64,000 nucleotides of DNA, taken from assembly GCA_964016885.1 (NCBI GenBank), contig OZ024764.1, positions 26,784,001 to 26,848,000 of the forward strand, written 5' to 3'. Position 1 is the first letter of the stretch, and every line of letters starts with the position of its first letter. The DNA comes from Eledone cirrhosa (lineage: Eukaryota). The notes below the pieces were generated by a model. The model saw only the letters and a list, made by a program, of their open reading frames with translations, was not told where the DNA came from and searched no databases. Of the stretch, positions 36,601 to 48,280 are shown piece after piece. Both the position numbers and the translations under genes were made by a program.

Positions 36601-39600
36601 CTGTCTCGTTTCATCTCGCGCTCTCTCTGTCTCGTTTCATCTCGCTCTCTCTCTCTCTCTCGTTTCATCTCTGTCTTCCTCTCTCTCGTTCCATCTCTCT
36701 CTTCCTCTTTCTCGTTCCATCTCTCTCTTCCTCTCTCTCGTTTCATCTCCATCTCCCTCGTTTCATCTCTCTCTCGCTCTCTCGTTTCATCTCTCTCTCC
36801 CTCTCGTTTCATCTCGCTCTCTACTCTCGTTTCCTCTCTCTCGTTTCCTCTCTGTCTCGTTCCATCCCGCTCTCTCTCTCTCTCATTACATCTCGCTCTC
36901 TCTGTCTCGTTTCATCTCGCTCTCTCTCGCTCTCGTTTCATCTCGCTCTCACTCTCTCGTTTCATCTCGCTTCTCTCACTATTGCGTTTCATCTCGCTCT
37001 CCCTGTCTCATTTCATCTCGCTCTCTCTCTCTCTTCCTCTCTCTTGTTTCAACACCCTAATCCCTCACTTGTTTTATCTCTCTCTAATCCCTCACTTGTT
37101 TCATCTCTCTCAGAATTATTAGCCACAGGGGCAGAGATGTCCATAACATTACATGTCAGAGTTATTAGCCACAGGGGCAGAGATGTCCATAACGTTACAT
37201 GACAATTATTAGCCCCAAGGGCAGATATGTCCATAACATTACATGACAGAGTTTCATCTCGCGCTCTCTCTCTCTCGTTTCATCTCGCGCTCTCTCTCTT
37301 CCTCTCTCTCGTTTCATCTCGCTCTCTCTCTCTCTCGTTTCACCTCTGTCTTCCATCTCTCTCTTCCTCTCTCTCGTTCCATCTCACTCTTCCTCTCTCT
37401 CATTTCATCTCTCTCTCTCGTTTCATCTCTATCTCTCTCTCTCGTTTCATCTGTCTCTCTCTCTGTCGTTTCATCTCCCTCTATCTCTCTCTCCCTCTCG
37501 TTTCATCTCGCTCTCTCTCTCCTGTTTCATCTCGCTCTCTCTCTCTCCTGTTTCATCTCGCTCTCTACTCTCGTTTCCTCTCTCTCTCCCTCCTGTTTCA
37601 TCTCGCTCTCTCTCTCTCGTTTCATCTCGCTCTCACTCTCTCGTTTCATCTCGCTCTCTCTCTGTCTCGTTCCATCTCGCTCTCTCTCTCTCATTTCATC
37701 TCGCTCTCTCTCTCTCATTTCATCTCGCTCTCTCTCTCTCGTTTCATCTCGCTCTCACTCTCTCGTTTCATCTCGCTCTCACTCTCTCGTTTCATCTCGC
37801 TCGCCCTGTCTCGTTTCATCTCGCTCACACTCTCTCATTTCATCTCGCTCTCTCTCTCTTCTTTCAACACTCTAATCCCTCACTTGTTTCATCTCTCTCA
37901 GAATTATTAGCCACAGGGGCAGAGATGACCATAACATTACATGACAGTTATTAGCCACAGGGGCAGATATATCAATAACATTACATGATAGAGTTTCATC
38001 TCGCGCTCTCTCTCTCTCGTTTCATCTTGCGCTCTCTCTCTCTCGTTTCATCTTGCTCTCTCTCTCTCTCGTTTCATCTCTGTATTCCTCTCTCTCGTTC
38101 CATCTCTCTATTCCTCTCTCTCGTTCCATCTCTCTCATCCTCTCTCTCGTTTTATCTGTATCTCCCTCCTTCAATCTGTCTCTCTCTCTGTCGTTTCATC
38201 TCGTGCTCTCTCTGTCTCGTTTCATCTCGCGCTCTCTCTGTCTCGTTTCATCTCGCTCTCTCTCTCTCTCTCGTTTCATCTCTGTCTTCCTCTCTCTCGT
38301 TCCATCTCTCTCTTCCTCTTTCTCGTTCCATCTCTCTCTTCCTCTCCCTCGTTTCATCTCTCTCTCGCTCTCTCGTTTCATCTCTCTCGCCCTCTCGTTT
38401 CATCTCGCTCTCTACTCTCGTTTCCTCTCTCTCGTTTCCTCTCTGTCTCGTTCCATCCCGCTCTCTCTCTCTCTCATTACATCTCGCTCTCTCTGTCTCG
38501 TTTCATCTCGCTCTCTCTCGCTCTCGTTTCATCTCGCTCTCACTCTCTCGTTTCATCTCGCTTCTCTCACTATTGCGTTTCATCTCGCTCTCCCTGTCTC
38601 ATTTCATCTCGCTCTCTCTCTCTCTTCCTCTCTCTTGTTTCAACACCCTAATCCCTCACTTGTTTTATCTCTCTCTAATCCCTCACTTGTTTCATCTCTC
38701 TCAGAATTATTAGCCACAGGGGCAGAGATGTCCATAACATTACATGTCAGAGTTATTAGCCACAGGGGCAGAGATGTCCATAACGTTACATGACAATTAT
38801 TAGCCCCAAGGGCAGATATGTCCATAACATTACATGACAGAGTTTCATCTCGCGCTCTCTCTCTCTCGTTTCATCTCGCGCTCTCTCTCTTCCTCTCTCT
38901 CGTTTCATCTCGCTCTCTCTCTCTCTCGTTTCACCTCTGTCTTCCATCTCTCTCTTCCTCTCTCTCGTTCCATCTCACTCTTCCTCTCTCTCATTTCATC
39001 TCTCTCTCTCGTTTCATCTCTATCTCTCTCTCTCGTTTCATCTGTCTCTCTCTCTGTCGTTTCATCTCCCTCTATCTCTCTCTCCCTCTCGTTTCATCTC
39101 GCTCTCTCTCTCCTGTTTCATCTCGCTCTCTCTCTCTCCTGTTTCATCTCGCTCTCTACTCTCGTTTCCTCTCTCTCTCCCTCCTGTTTCATCTCGCTCT
39201 CTCTCTCTCGTTTCATCTCGCTCTCACTCTCTCGTTTCATCTCGCTCTCTCTCTGTCTCGTTCCATCTCGCTCTCTCTCTCTCATTTCATCTCGCTCTCT
39301 CTCTCTCATTTCATCTCGCTCTCTCTCTCTCGTTTCATCTCGCTCTCACTCTCTCGTTTCATCTCGCTCTCACTCTCTCGTTTCATCTCGCTCTCCCTGT
39401 CTCGTTTCATCTCGCTCACACTCTCTCATTTCATCTCGCTCTCTCTCTCTTCTTTCAACACTCTAATCCCTCACTTGTTTCATCTCTCTCAGAATTATTA
39501 GCCACAGGGGCAGAGATGACCATAACATTACATGTCAGAATTATTAGCCACAGGGGCAGAGATGTCCATAACATTACATGTCAGAATCATTAGCCACAGG

Positions 39601-42600
39601 GGCAGAGATGTCCATAACATTACATGACAGAATTATTAGCCACAGGGGCAGAGATGACCATAACATTACATGACAATTATTAGCCACAGGGGCAGATATG
39701 TCAATAACATTACATGACAGAGTTTCATCTCGCGCTCTCTCTCTCTCTCGTTTCATCTTGCGCTCTCTCTCTCTCTCGTTTCCTCTCGCTCTCTCTCTCT
39801 CTCGTTTCATCTCTGTCTTCCTCTCTCTCGTTCCATCTCTCTCTTCCTCTCTCTCGTTCCATCTCTCTCTTCCTCTCTCTCGTTTCATCTGTCTCTCTCT
39901 CTGTCGTTTCATCTCGCGCTCTCTCTCTCTCGTTTCATCTCGCGCTCTCTCTCTCTCATTTCATCTCGCTCTCTCTCTCTCTCGTTTCATCTCTGTCTTC
40001 CTCTCTCTCTTCCTCTCTCTCGTTCCATCTCTCTCTTCCTCTCTCTCTTTTCATCTCTATCTCCCTCGTTTCATCTCTCTCTCGCTCTCTCGTTTCATCT
40101 CTCTCTCCCTCTCGTCTCATCTCGCTCTCTCTCTTCTGTTTCATCTCGCTCTCTACTCTCGTCTCCTCTCTGTCGTTTCCTCTCTGTCTCGTTTCATCTC
40201 GCTCTCCCTGTCTCATTTCATCTCGCTCTCTCTCTCTCTCTTCCTCTCTGTCTCTTGTTTCAACACTCTAATCCCTCACTTGTTTTATCTCTCTCTAATC
40301 CCTCACTTGTTTCATCTCTCTCAGAATTATTAGCCACAGGGGCAGAGATGTCCATAACATTACATGTCAGAGTTATTAGCCACAGGGGCAGAGATGTCCA
40401 TAACGTTACATGACAATTATTAGCCCCAAGGGCAGATATGTCCATAACATTACATGACAGAGTTTCATCTCGCGCTCTCTCTCTCTCGTTTCATCTCGCG
40501 CTCTCTCTCTTCCTCTCTCTCGTTTCATCTCGCTCTCTCTCTCTCTCGTTTCACCTGTGTCTTCCATCTCTCTCGTTCCATCTCACTCTTCCTCTCTCTC
40601 ATTTCATCTCTCTCTCTCGTTTCATCTCTATCTCTCTCTCTCGTTTCATCTGTCTCTCTCTCTGTCGTTTCATCTCCCTCTATCTCTCTCTCCCTCTCGT
40701 TTCATCTCGCTCTCTCTCTCCTGTTTCATCTCGCTCTCTCTCTCTCCTGTTTCATCTCGCTCTCTACTCTCGTTTCCTCTCTCTCTCCCTCCTGTTTCAT
40801 CTCGCTCTCTCTCTCTCGTTTCATCTCGCTCTCACTCTCTCGTTTCATCTCGCTCTCTCTCTGTCTCGTTTCATCTCGCTCTCTCTCTCTCATTTCATCT
40901 CGCTCTCTCTCTCTCATTTCATCTCGCTCTCTCTCTCTCGTTTCATCTCGCTCTCACTCTCTCGTTTCATCTCGCTCTCACTCTCTCGTTTCATCTCGCT
41001 CTCCCTGTCTCGTTTCATCTCGCTCACACTCTCTCATTTCATCTCGCTCTCTCTCTCTTCTTTCAACACTCTAATCCCTCACTTGTTTCATCTCTCTCAG
41101 AATTATTAGCCACAGGGGCAGAGATGACCATAACATTACATGTCAGAATTATTAGCCACAGGGGCAGAGATGTCCATAACATTACATGTCAGAATCATTA
41201 GCCACAGGGACAGAGATGTCCATAACATTACATGACAGAATTATTAGCCACAGGGGCAGAGATGACCATAACATTACATGACAATTATTAGCCACAGGGG
41301 CAGATATGTCAATAACATTACATGACAGAGTTTCATCTCGCGCTCTCTCTCTCTCTCGTTTCATCTTGCGCTCTCTCTCTCTCGTTTCCTCTCGCTCTCT
41401 CTCGCTCTCGTTTCATCTCTGTCTTCCTCTCTCTCGTTCCATCTCTCTCTTCCTCTCTCTCGTTCCATCTCTCTCTTCCTCTCTCTCGTTTCATCTGTCT
41501 CTCTCTCTGTCGTTTCATCTCGCGCTCTCTCTCTCTCTCTCTCTCATTTCATCTCGCTCTCTCTCTCTCTCGTTTCATCTCTGTCTTCCTCTCTCTCTTC
41601 CTCTCTCTCGTTCCATCTCTCTCTTCCTCTCTCTCGTTTCATCTCTATCTCCCTCGTTTCATCTCTCTCTCGCTCTCTCGTTTCATCTCTCTCTCCCTCT
41701 TGTTTCATCTCGCTCTCTCTCTTCTGTTTCATCTCGCTCTCTACTCTCGTCTCCTCTCTGTCGTTTCCTCTCTGTCTCGTTTCATCTCGCTCTCCCTGTC
41801 TCATTTCATCTCGCTCTCTCTCTCTCTCTTCCTCTCTGTCTCTTGTTTCAACACTCTAATCCCTCACTTGTTTTATCTCTCTCTAATCCCTCACTTGTTT
41901 CATCTCTCTTAGAATTATTAGCCACAGGGGCAGAGATGTCCATAACATTACATGTCAGAATTATTAGCCACAGGGCAGAGATGTCCATAACATTACATGT
42001 CAGAATTATTAGCCACAGGGGCAGAGATGTCCATAACATTACATGACAGAGTTTCATCTCGCTCTCTCTCTCTCTCGTTTCATCAGTGTCTTCCTCTCTC
42101 TCGTTCCATCTCTCTCTTGCTCTCTCTCGTTCCATCTCTATCTTCATCTCTCTCGTTTCATCTCTATCTCCCTCCTTTCATCTGTCTCTCTCTCTGTCGT
42201 TTCATCTCGCGCTCTCTCTCTCTCGTTTCATCTCGCGCTCTCTCTCTCTTTCACTCTCTCGTTTCATCTCTATCTCCCTCGTTTCATCTGTCTCTCGCTC
42301 TCTCGTTTCATCTCGCTCTCTACTCTCGTTTCCTCTCTCTCGCGTTCCATCCCGCTCTCTCTCTCTCTCATTACATCTCGCTCTCTCTGTCTCGTTTCAT
42401 CTCGCTCTCTCTCTCTCTCGTTTCATCTCGCTCTCACTCTCTCGTTTCATCTCGCTTCTCTCACTCTCGTGTTTCATCTCGCTCTCCCTGTCTCATTTCA
42501 TCTCGCTCTCTCTCTCTCTTCCTCTCTCTCTCTTGTTTCAACACTCTAATCCCTCACTTGTTTCATCTCTCTCAGAATTATTAGCCACAGGGGCAGAGAT

Positions 42601-43947
42601 GTCCATAACATTACATGTCAGAATTATTAGCCACAGGGCAGAGATGTCCATAACATTACATGTCAGAATTATTAGCCACAGGGGCAGAGATGTCCATAAC
42701 ATTACATGACAGAATTATTAGCCACAGGGGCAGAGATGTCCATAACATTACATGTCAGAATTATTAGACACAGGGCAGAGATGTCCATAACATTACATGT
42801 CAGAATTATTAGCCACAGGGGCAGAGATGTCCATAACATTACATGTCAGAATTATTAGCCACAGGGGCCGAGATGTCCATAACATTACATGAAAGAATTA
42901 TTAGCCACAGGGGCAGAGATGTCCATAACATTACATGACAGAATTATTAGCCACAGGGGCAGAGATGTCCATAACATTACATGACAATTATTAGCCCCAA
43001 GGGCAGATATGTCCATAACATTACATGACAGAGTTTCATCTGGCGCTCTCTCTCTTCCTCTCTCTCGTTTCATCTCTGTCTTCCTCTCTCTCGTTCCATC
43101 TCTCTCTTCCTCTCGCTCGTTCCATCTCTCTCTTCCTCTCTCTCGTTTCATCTCTATCTCCCTCCTTTCATCTGTCTCTCTCTCTGTCGTTTCATCTCGC
43201 GCTCTCTCTCTCTCGTTTCATCTCGCGCTCTCTCTCTCTCGTTTCATCTCTCTCTCTCTCTCGTTTCATCTCTGTCTTCCTCTCTCTCGTTCCATCTCTC
43301 TCTTCCTCTCTCTCGTTTCATCTCTATCTCCCTCGTTTCATCTCTCTCTCCCTCTCGTTTCATCTCGCTCTCTCTCTCCTGTTTCATCTCGCTCTCTACT
43401 CTCGTTTCCTCACTCTCGTTTCCTCTCTCTCTCGTTTCCTCTCTGTCTCGTTCCATCCCGCTCTCTCTCTCTCTCATTACATCTCGCTCTCTCTGTCTCG
43501 TTTCATCTCGCTCTCTCTCTCTCTCGTTTCATCTCGCTCTCACTCTCTCGTTTCATCTCGCTTCTCTCACTCTCGCGTTTCATCTCGCTCTCCCTGTCTC
43601 ATTTCATCTCGCTCTCTCTCTCTCTTCCTCTCTCTCTCTTGTTTCAACACTCTAATCCCTCACTTGTTTTATCTCTCTCTAATCCCCCACGTGTTTCATC
43701 TCTCTCAGAATTATTAGCCACAGGGGCAGAGATGTCCATAACATTACATGTCAGAATTATTAGCCACAGGGCAGAGATGTCCATAACATTACATGTCAGA
43801 ATTATTAACCACAGGGGCAGAGATGTCCATAACATAACATGACAGAATTATTAGCCACAGGGGCAGAGATGTCCATAACATTACATGACAGAATTATTAG
43901 CCACAGGGGCAGATATGTCCATAACATTACATGACAGAGTTTCATCT
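30652..43947 (+). repeat. Compound satellite, array C (forward orientation)
   Basis: About 14 CT blocks separated by 46-mer clusters of ~2-10 units. It ends at the same GAGTTTCATCT|GGTTGG junction as array A. Confidence 0.97.
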
Positions 43948-43986
43948 GGTTGGAGTAATAACAGTCTTGTTTATGTATATACACAC

Positions 43987-44018
<32 letters not shown>

Positions 44019-44122
44019 GTTTGTTCTTGTATTTCTATAGAAAAGGTAAAGAAAAGAAGAATGCTCTATGTATTGTACAGAGCTATTTAATTACATAATA
44101 AACAACAGAATATAATTATTCC

Positions 44123-46327
44123 ATGCAAATAGACTTAGAATGGAAAACATTCAGACAGAGAAGAATGGATAATGAGCGTCGTAAGAGAAATTGGCCAACA
44201 ATTAATATTAATGGAAATCTAGAAGAATTTCATATTAGTGATATGAATGTTTCGTGTGATCACTGTGAAGCTTTGAAATTTAGAAATGAAAATTGTAACT
44301 GTTGTAATAAAGGAAAGGTTGTGTTGCCTCCATTGCAAATATACCCCGAGAGACTGAGAAATCTCTTTGAAAGAGGCCAGGAAGCAGTTGATTTCACAGA
44401 AACGTCTGCAATTAAAACTACATTTATTTCACTTCATTTGGTGTTACCACCCAGCAGAGGCCCGTATAGCTTTCATATTCAGGGTCAAACATATCAATAC
44501 ACCCCCATCCAAATAATTGTTTCTGGCACAAGGCCAGCAATTACTGGTACTTTATTCTATCGGCCTCATAAGGATGAAAACAAAGTCAACCTTGGAGGGA
44601 TTTGAACCCAGAACGTAAAGGGCCATAACCCTATGCTGCAAAGCATGGTGTCTGACGCTCTACCGATACTGCCAATCCACCGCCCTAGTACCAACAAATA
44701 ATGAGTGCTCACCACAAAAAATGGCTATGATAAGAGAGGTGTTGCGTGATGTAATCCATATGTCGAAGTGTACAATACAATGCATGGCATCAAACAGCAA
44801 AGTGCAAGAAGAGAAAATTGTTGTGTACAGAACTGTAAATTAAGATTTAGAAGAGGATCAGATATGAGCTGCTATAATTTACCAACTAGTAATGATAGCT
44901 GTTGTTTTGTGGGGGATTGAGGGCAGACCACCTGTACAAAGAGATATTATCATCTTTCCTAAAGACCATCCTCCTCAGAATATATCACATAATTCATGCC
45001 ACTTGGACCTCATGACCAACCCATAATGGTGAATTTTGGTGGCATAGTGACATGGAGAGGAATGCAGGACCTGTGTTTGCAATAGACTGACAATGCAGGA
45101 GTATTACATATACAGTATAGCATATAGAGGAGGATTTAGTGCGATATATAGGGCAGGTAAATTATTTTAGCAGTATTTAGTGGAAGCCTATATGAAAGTA
45201 GGGGGATGCAGGCTTCAATATTTGAGGAACAATCAAGCCCAATTGTGAGTGGATGAGTATAATGGTTTAATGAATTATCTAAACAGATGATAACACTGAG
45301 CCTTAAGAAATGAAGACAAGATAAGAAACAGAGAAGACATTGACAGAATCGTGTCAGCAGAAATACCTGCATTGGAAGATGATCAAGTACTACATGAGCA
45401 GGTTTAAAAGTTTATGATACACGGGCCATGTGGTTCTGGAAACCCTTTTCCCCCATTTATACAAAATGGATTTTTCCAAAAGAACTATCCAAAAACCTAC
45501 AGAAGGGAAACATTATTGAACCTAAATGGATACCCAGAGTACAGGAGGTGCAAGACAGGAACTGCAGTGTAAATTGGATGACATTCAGTAGATAACAGGA
45601 ATGTTGTGCCATTTAATGCCTTTTTGCTTAAGAAATATTGTGCATATATTAATGTTGAAGTTTGCGCTTCTGTAAAAAGTGTCAAGTACCTCTTTAAATA
45701 TGTTACATGGGGCATGATTGTACATCTATAGAAGTAACGAATAATGCATTACCTAATGAGGCTCAGAACCAACACAACCATGATGAAATAAGAACCTATC
45801 TTTGTTGCAGGTATGTGTCTCAGCCAGAAGCAGTGTCGTGTCTGTCCGAATTTAAGCTTCATGGTACATCACATACATTATACAGCCTAGCCACACACCT
45901 GGAGAACAAACAGAGTTTACTTTCAAAGAGGCAATGCTTACACCTTCTGGGATGCCGCCTCACTAACTCCAATTAAAAGCAGGATCAATAATAATGCTTC
46001 TATGGAATATTTCAATCCAGAACAGATTATTTTATTGGCACAAGATTAGAAGTAGTGGAACTGCATAAACATTTTATCGAAGCTTCTCATATCTATGGTC
46101 CTTTGATGGGCAGGTGTGTTTTGATCCGAAGACTGAAGTTAGTTCCCAGTGGTGCCAACATCCCTTTTACTTTTGAAAGACCCCAGTTTCCATTAAGACT
46201 GTCATATGCCATGACAATCAACAAGAACCATGGTCAAATACATGATAAAGTGGGTCTGTTCCTCCCTGAGCAAGTATTTAACCCTGGACAATTGTATGTT
46301 GCTTTTTCAAGAGTTCACAGACAGATG
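44123..46327 (+). pseudogene. Helitron RepHel relic (copy 4) with SINE (44518-44686, minus) and extra deletions
   Basis: Same motifs as 3873-6228 (ORFs 44123, 45707, 46055). Offset ~40.2 kb from copy 1. Confidence 0.92.
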
Positions 46328-46462
46328 TTAGCTGTTAGCCCACCCCAGCACCACCCAACCTCCGTTCTAGTCCCACCGTTAGAACCAATGCTGCTTACCC
46401 TGCCTCTTTTACTAGTTCACTCCTTCGCTCGAATTTCAAAGCTGGCCCTCTACACTTGGTCG

Positions 46463-46600
46463 TGCTCTCTGTGTCCGCACTAGCCGGTACCTAAACACAA
46501 TAAAATGTCACCTGTGCTACCAAAACTACCACAGGAACTCTGTCGGCATCAGCAAGGCTCAAGCCGAAAGGCTTCAATACTAGACCTGTAATCAGGGCCA
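46463..46600 (+). pseudogene. Copy of the decayed PHD fragment (first Cys removed by deletion)
   Basis: Homologous to 6426-6560. Confidence 0.5.
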
Positions 46601-48063
46601 CTTTACCTCCGACGACCAGCTTTCTACCGATTGTGTGTTGATGGAGGGGACATGAGACCAGCAAAGTCCTAGGAGTAGAGACTAGTAAATAATAAACGGT
46701 CCTAGCTATGTTAAGAAGACAAGAGAAATAAATATTTACCTCTTTCATGTAGGTAATATAGCGGTGTTATAAAAGTAATTATACGACCGGTGTAACAGTC
46801 GGTATAAATGAAAGATGTAGAAATGAAAGTTGCAACAATGACATGAATAAATATACAGTAATTTAATATGAGCAAGAATAAATATTTAATGGAATTAATT
46901 AAGTGTAATTTAATAAGAAATAAGAAATAAGTAAAACAGTAAAAGAAACAATAACAAACAAAATGGAGTCACATAAAATTTGGTTTATCTTTATAAAGCT
47001 TATTTTAAACGCGATTTTCCTTTTAAATCCGTAGCTCCGCTTACTAACCTTAGGGCTGTAACGTTACATGGTTCGAATCTTACACTCTTCTCTATAGTGC
47101 CACACGAGTTATCTCCTAGTCTTTTTATATAGTTTCACTGTTTAGTGAAAGAGGGCGCTACGAACAGTTACTTATGTAGATGGGTGGTTAGCGATTCGGC
47201 TTACAAACATTAGCATCATGACGTTACATGGGTTCGAACCCTTCCGGCGCCTCAATTTTTCAAATAGAGTTATCACCCATGGTTCTTTAGAGTTTCATTG
47301 CTTACTCGAAAGATGGCGCGGGGATCATCTTTTACGATGAGTAGTAAGAGACAATAATACATGGAAGGAGGAGAAATAGAGAGAGATAGAAAGACGAATG
47401 TGTCACACACTCAATTCTCTCACCCTCTCTTTACTTTTATTACTCTATCTACCTCTACTTTCTCACCCTCTCTTTTCTTCTATTACACTTTCTTCCTCGT
47501 ATTTCTCACCCTCTCTTTATTTCTATTACTCTATCTACCTCATATTTCTCACCTTATCTTTACTTCTTTTATTCTTTCTTCTTTGTATTTCTCACCCTCT
47601 ATCTATCTCTTATTTCTCATCTCTCTTTACTTCTGACAGAGTGATAGATGTAAAGAGAAGGTGAGAAATAAGAGGTTGATAGATTTGGCTGTTATTTTTA
47701 ACATTTTCTAATCATATGAGAGAGAGAGAGAGAGTATAAGATATATAGAGAGGGGGAAATCGCCGATGTTTACGTTGAGAAAACCTTATAAAATGTTATA
47801 AATGGGTTTATAAAGAACAGAATGAGATAAACAAGACAAAGACAGATAAAATAAAATCAGCGATTTATTTATAATATTTTAATATATTTTTCCTGGTCGT
47901 CTGCTTCCATTGATAGAGAGAGGAGTGGTGGGAGGTAGCCATAACAACCGTGGTAGCAACACTGTGGTTTTTAAAGAAGTGAATACAAGAAAAACTAAAC
48001 AAGCAACAAATTTAATTTACTAAAATTAGTTTAAACATCTAAATCTTAAGAATATTAAATCTC

Positions 48064-48279
48064 TTACCCCTTTAGCATTCACATTACTCTATATATACTA
48101 TTGTATTTTCACAGTAACGGCTTTATCTCACATAATATCGAATCTATGAGATTTCGATATTATTTATTTTCAGAACAATACTTTAACATCAGTATGAGTG
48201 GTTAATTAGGGCTGGTTTGAACAGAAAGAGGTGAGAGAATTCTGGCCGGTTACAGCTGGTTTTAATGCTAAGGGGTTAA
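48064..48279. mobile_element. TTAA-type (piggyBac-like) MITE, ~215 bp
   Basis: Termini TTACCCCTTTAGCATT ... AATGCTAAGGGGTTAA are inverted repeats, with TTAA at the right end. Confidence 0.7.
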
Positions 48280-48280
48280 G

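Noticed and set aside
1-43947. CRISPR-like look of conserved 46-bp repeats separated by variable blocks
   Set aside because: The repeats are directly tandem, and the 'spacers' are long, mutually homologous low-complexity blocks. There are no cas genes and the context is eukaryotic.
47395-47635. Hydrophobic ORFs 47361-47664 as a membrane protein
   Set aside because: This is low-complexity CT/T-rich sequence with repeated TTTCTCACCCTCT words and no coding evidence.
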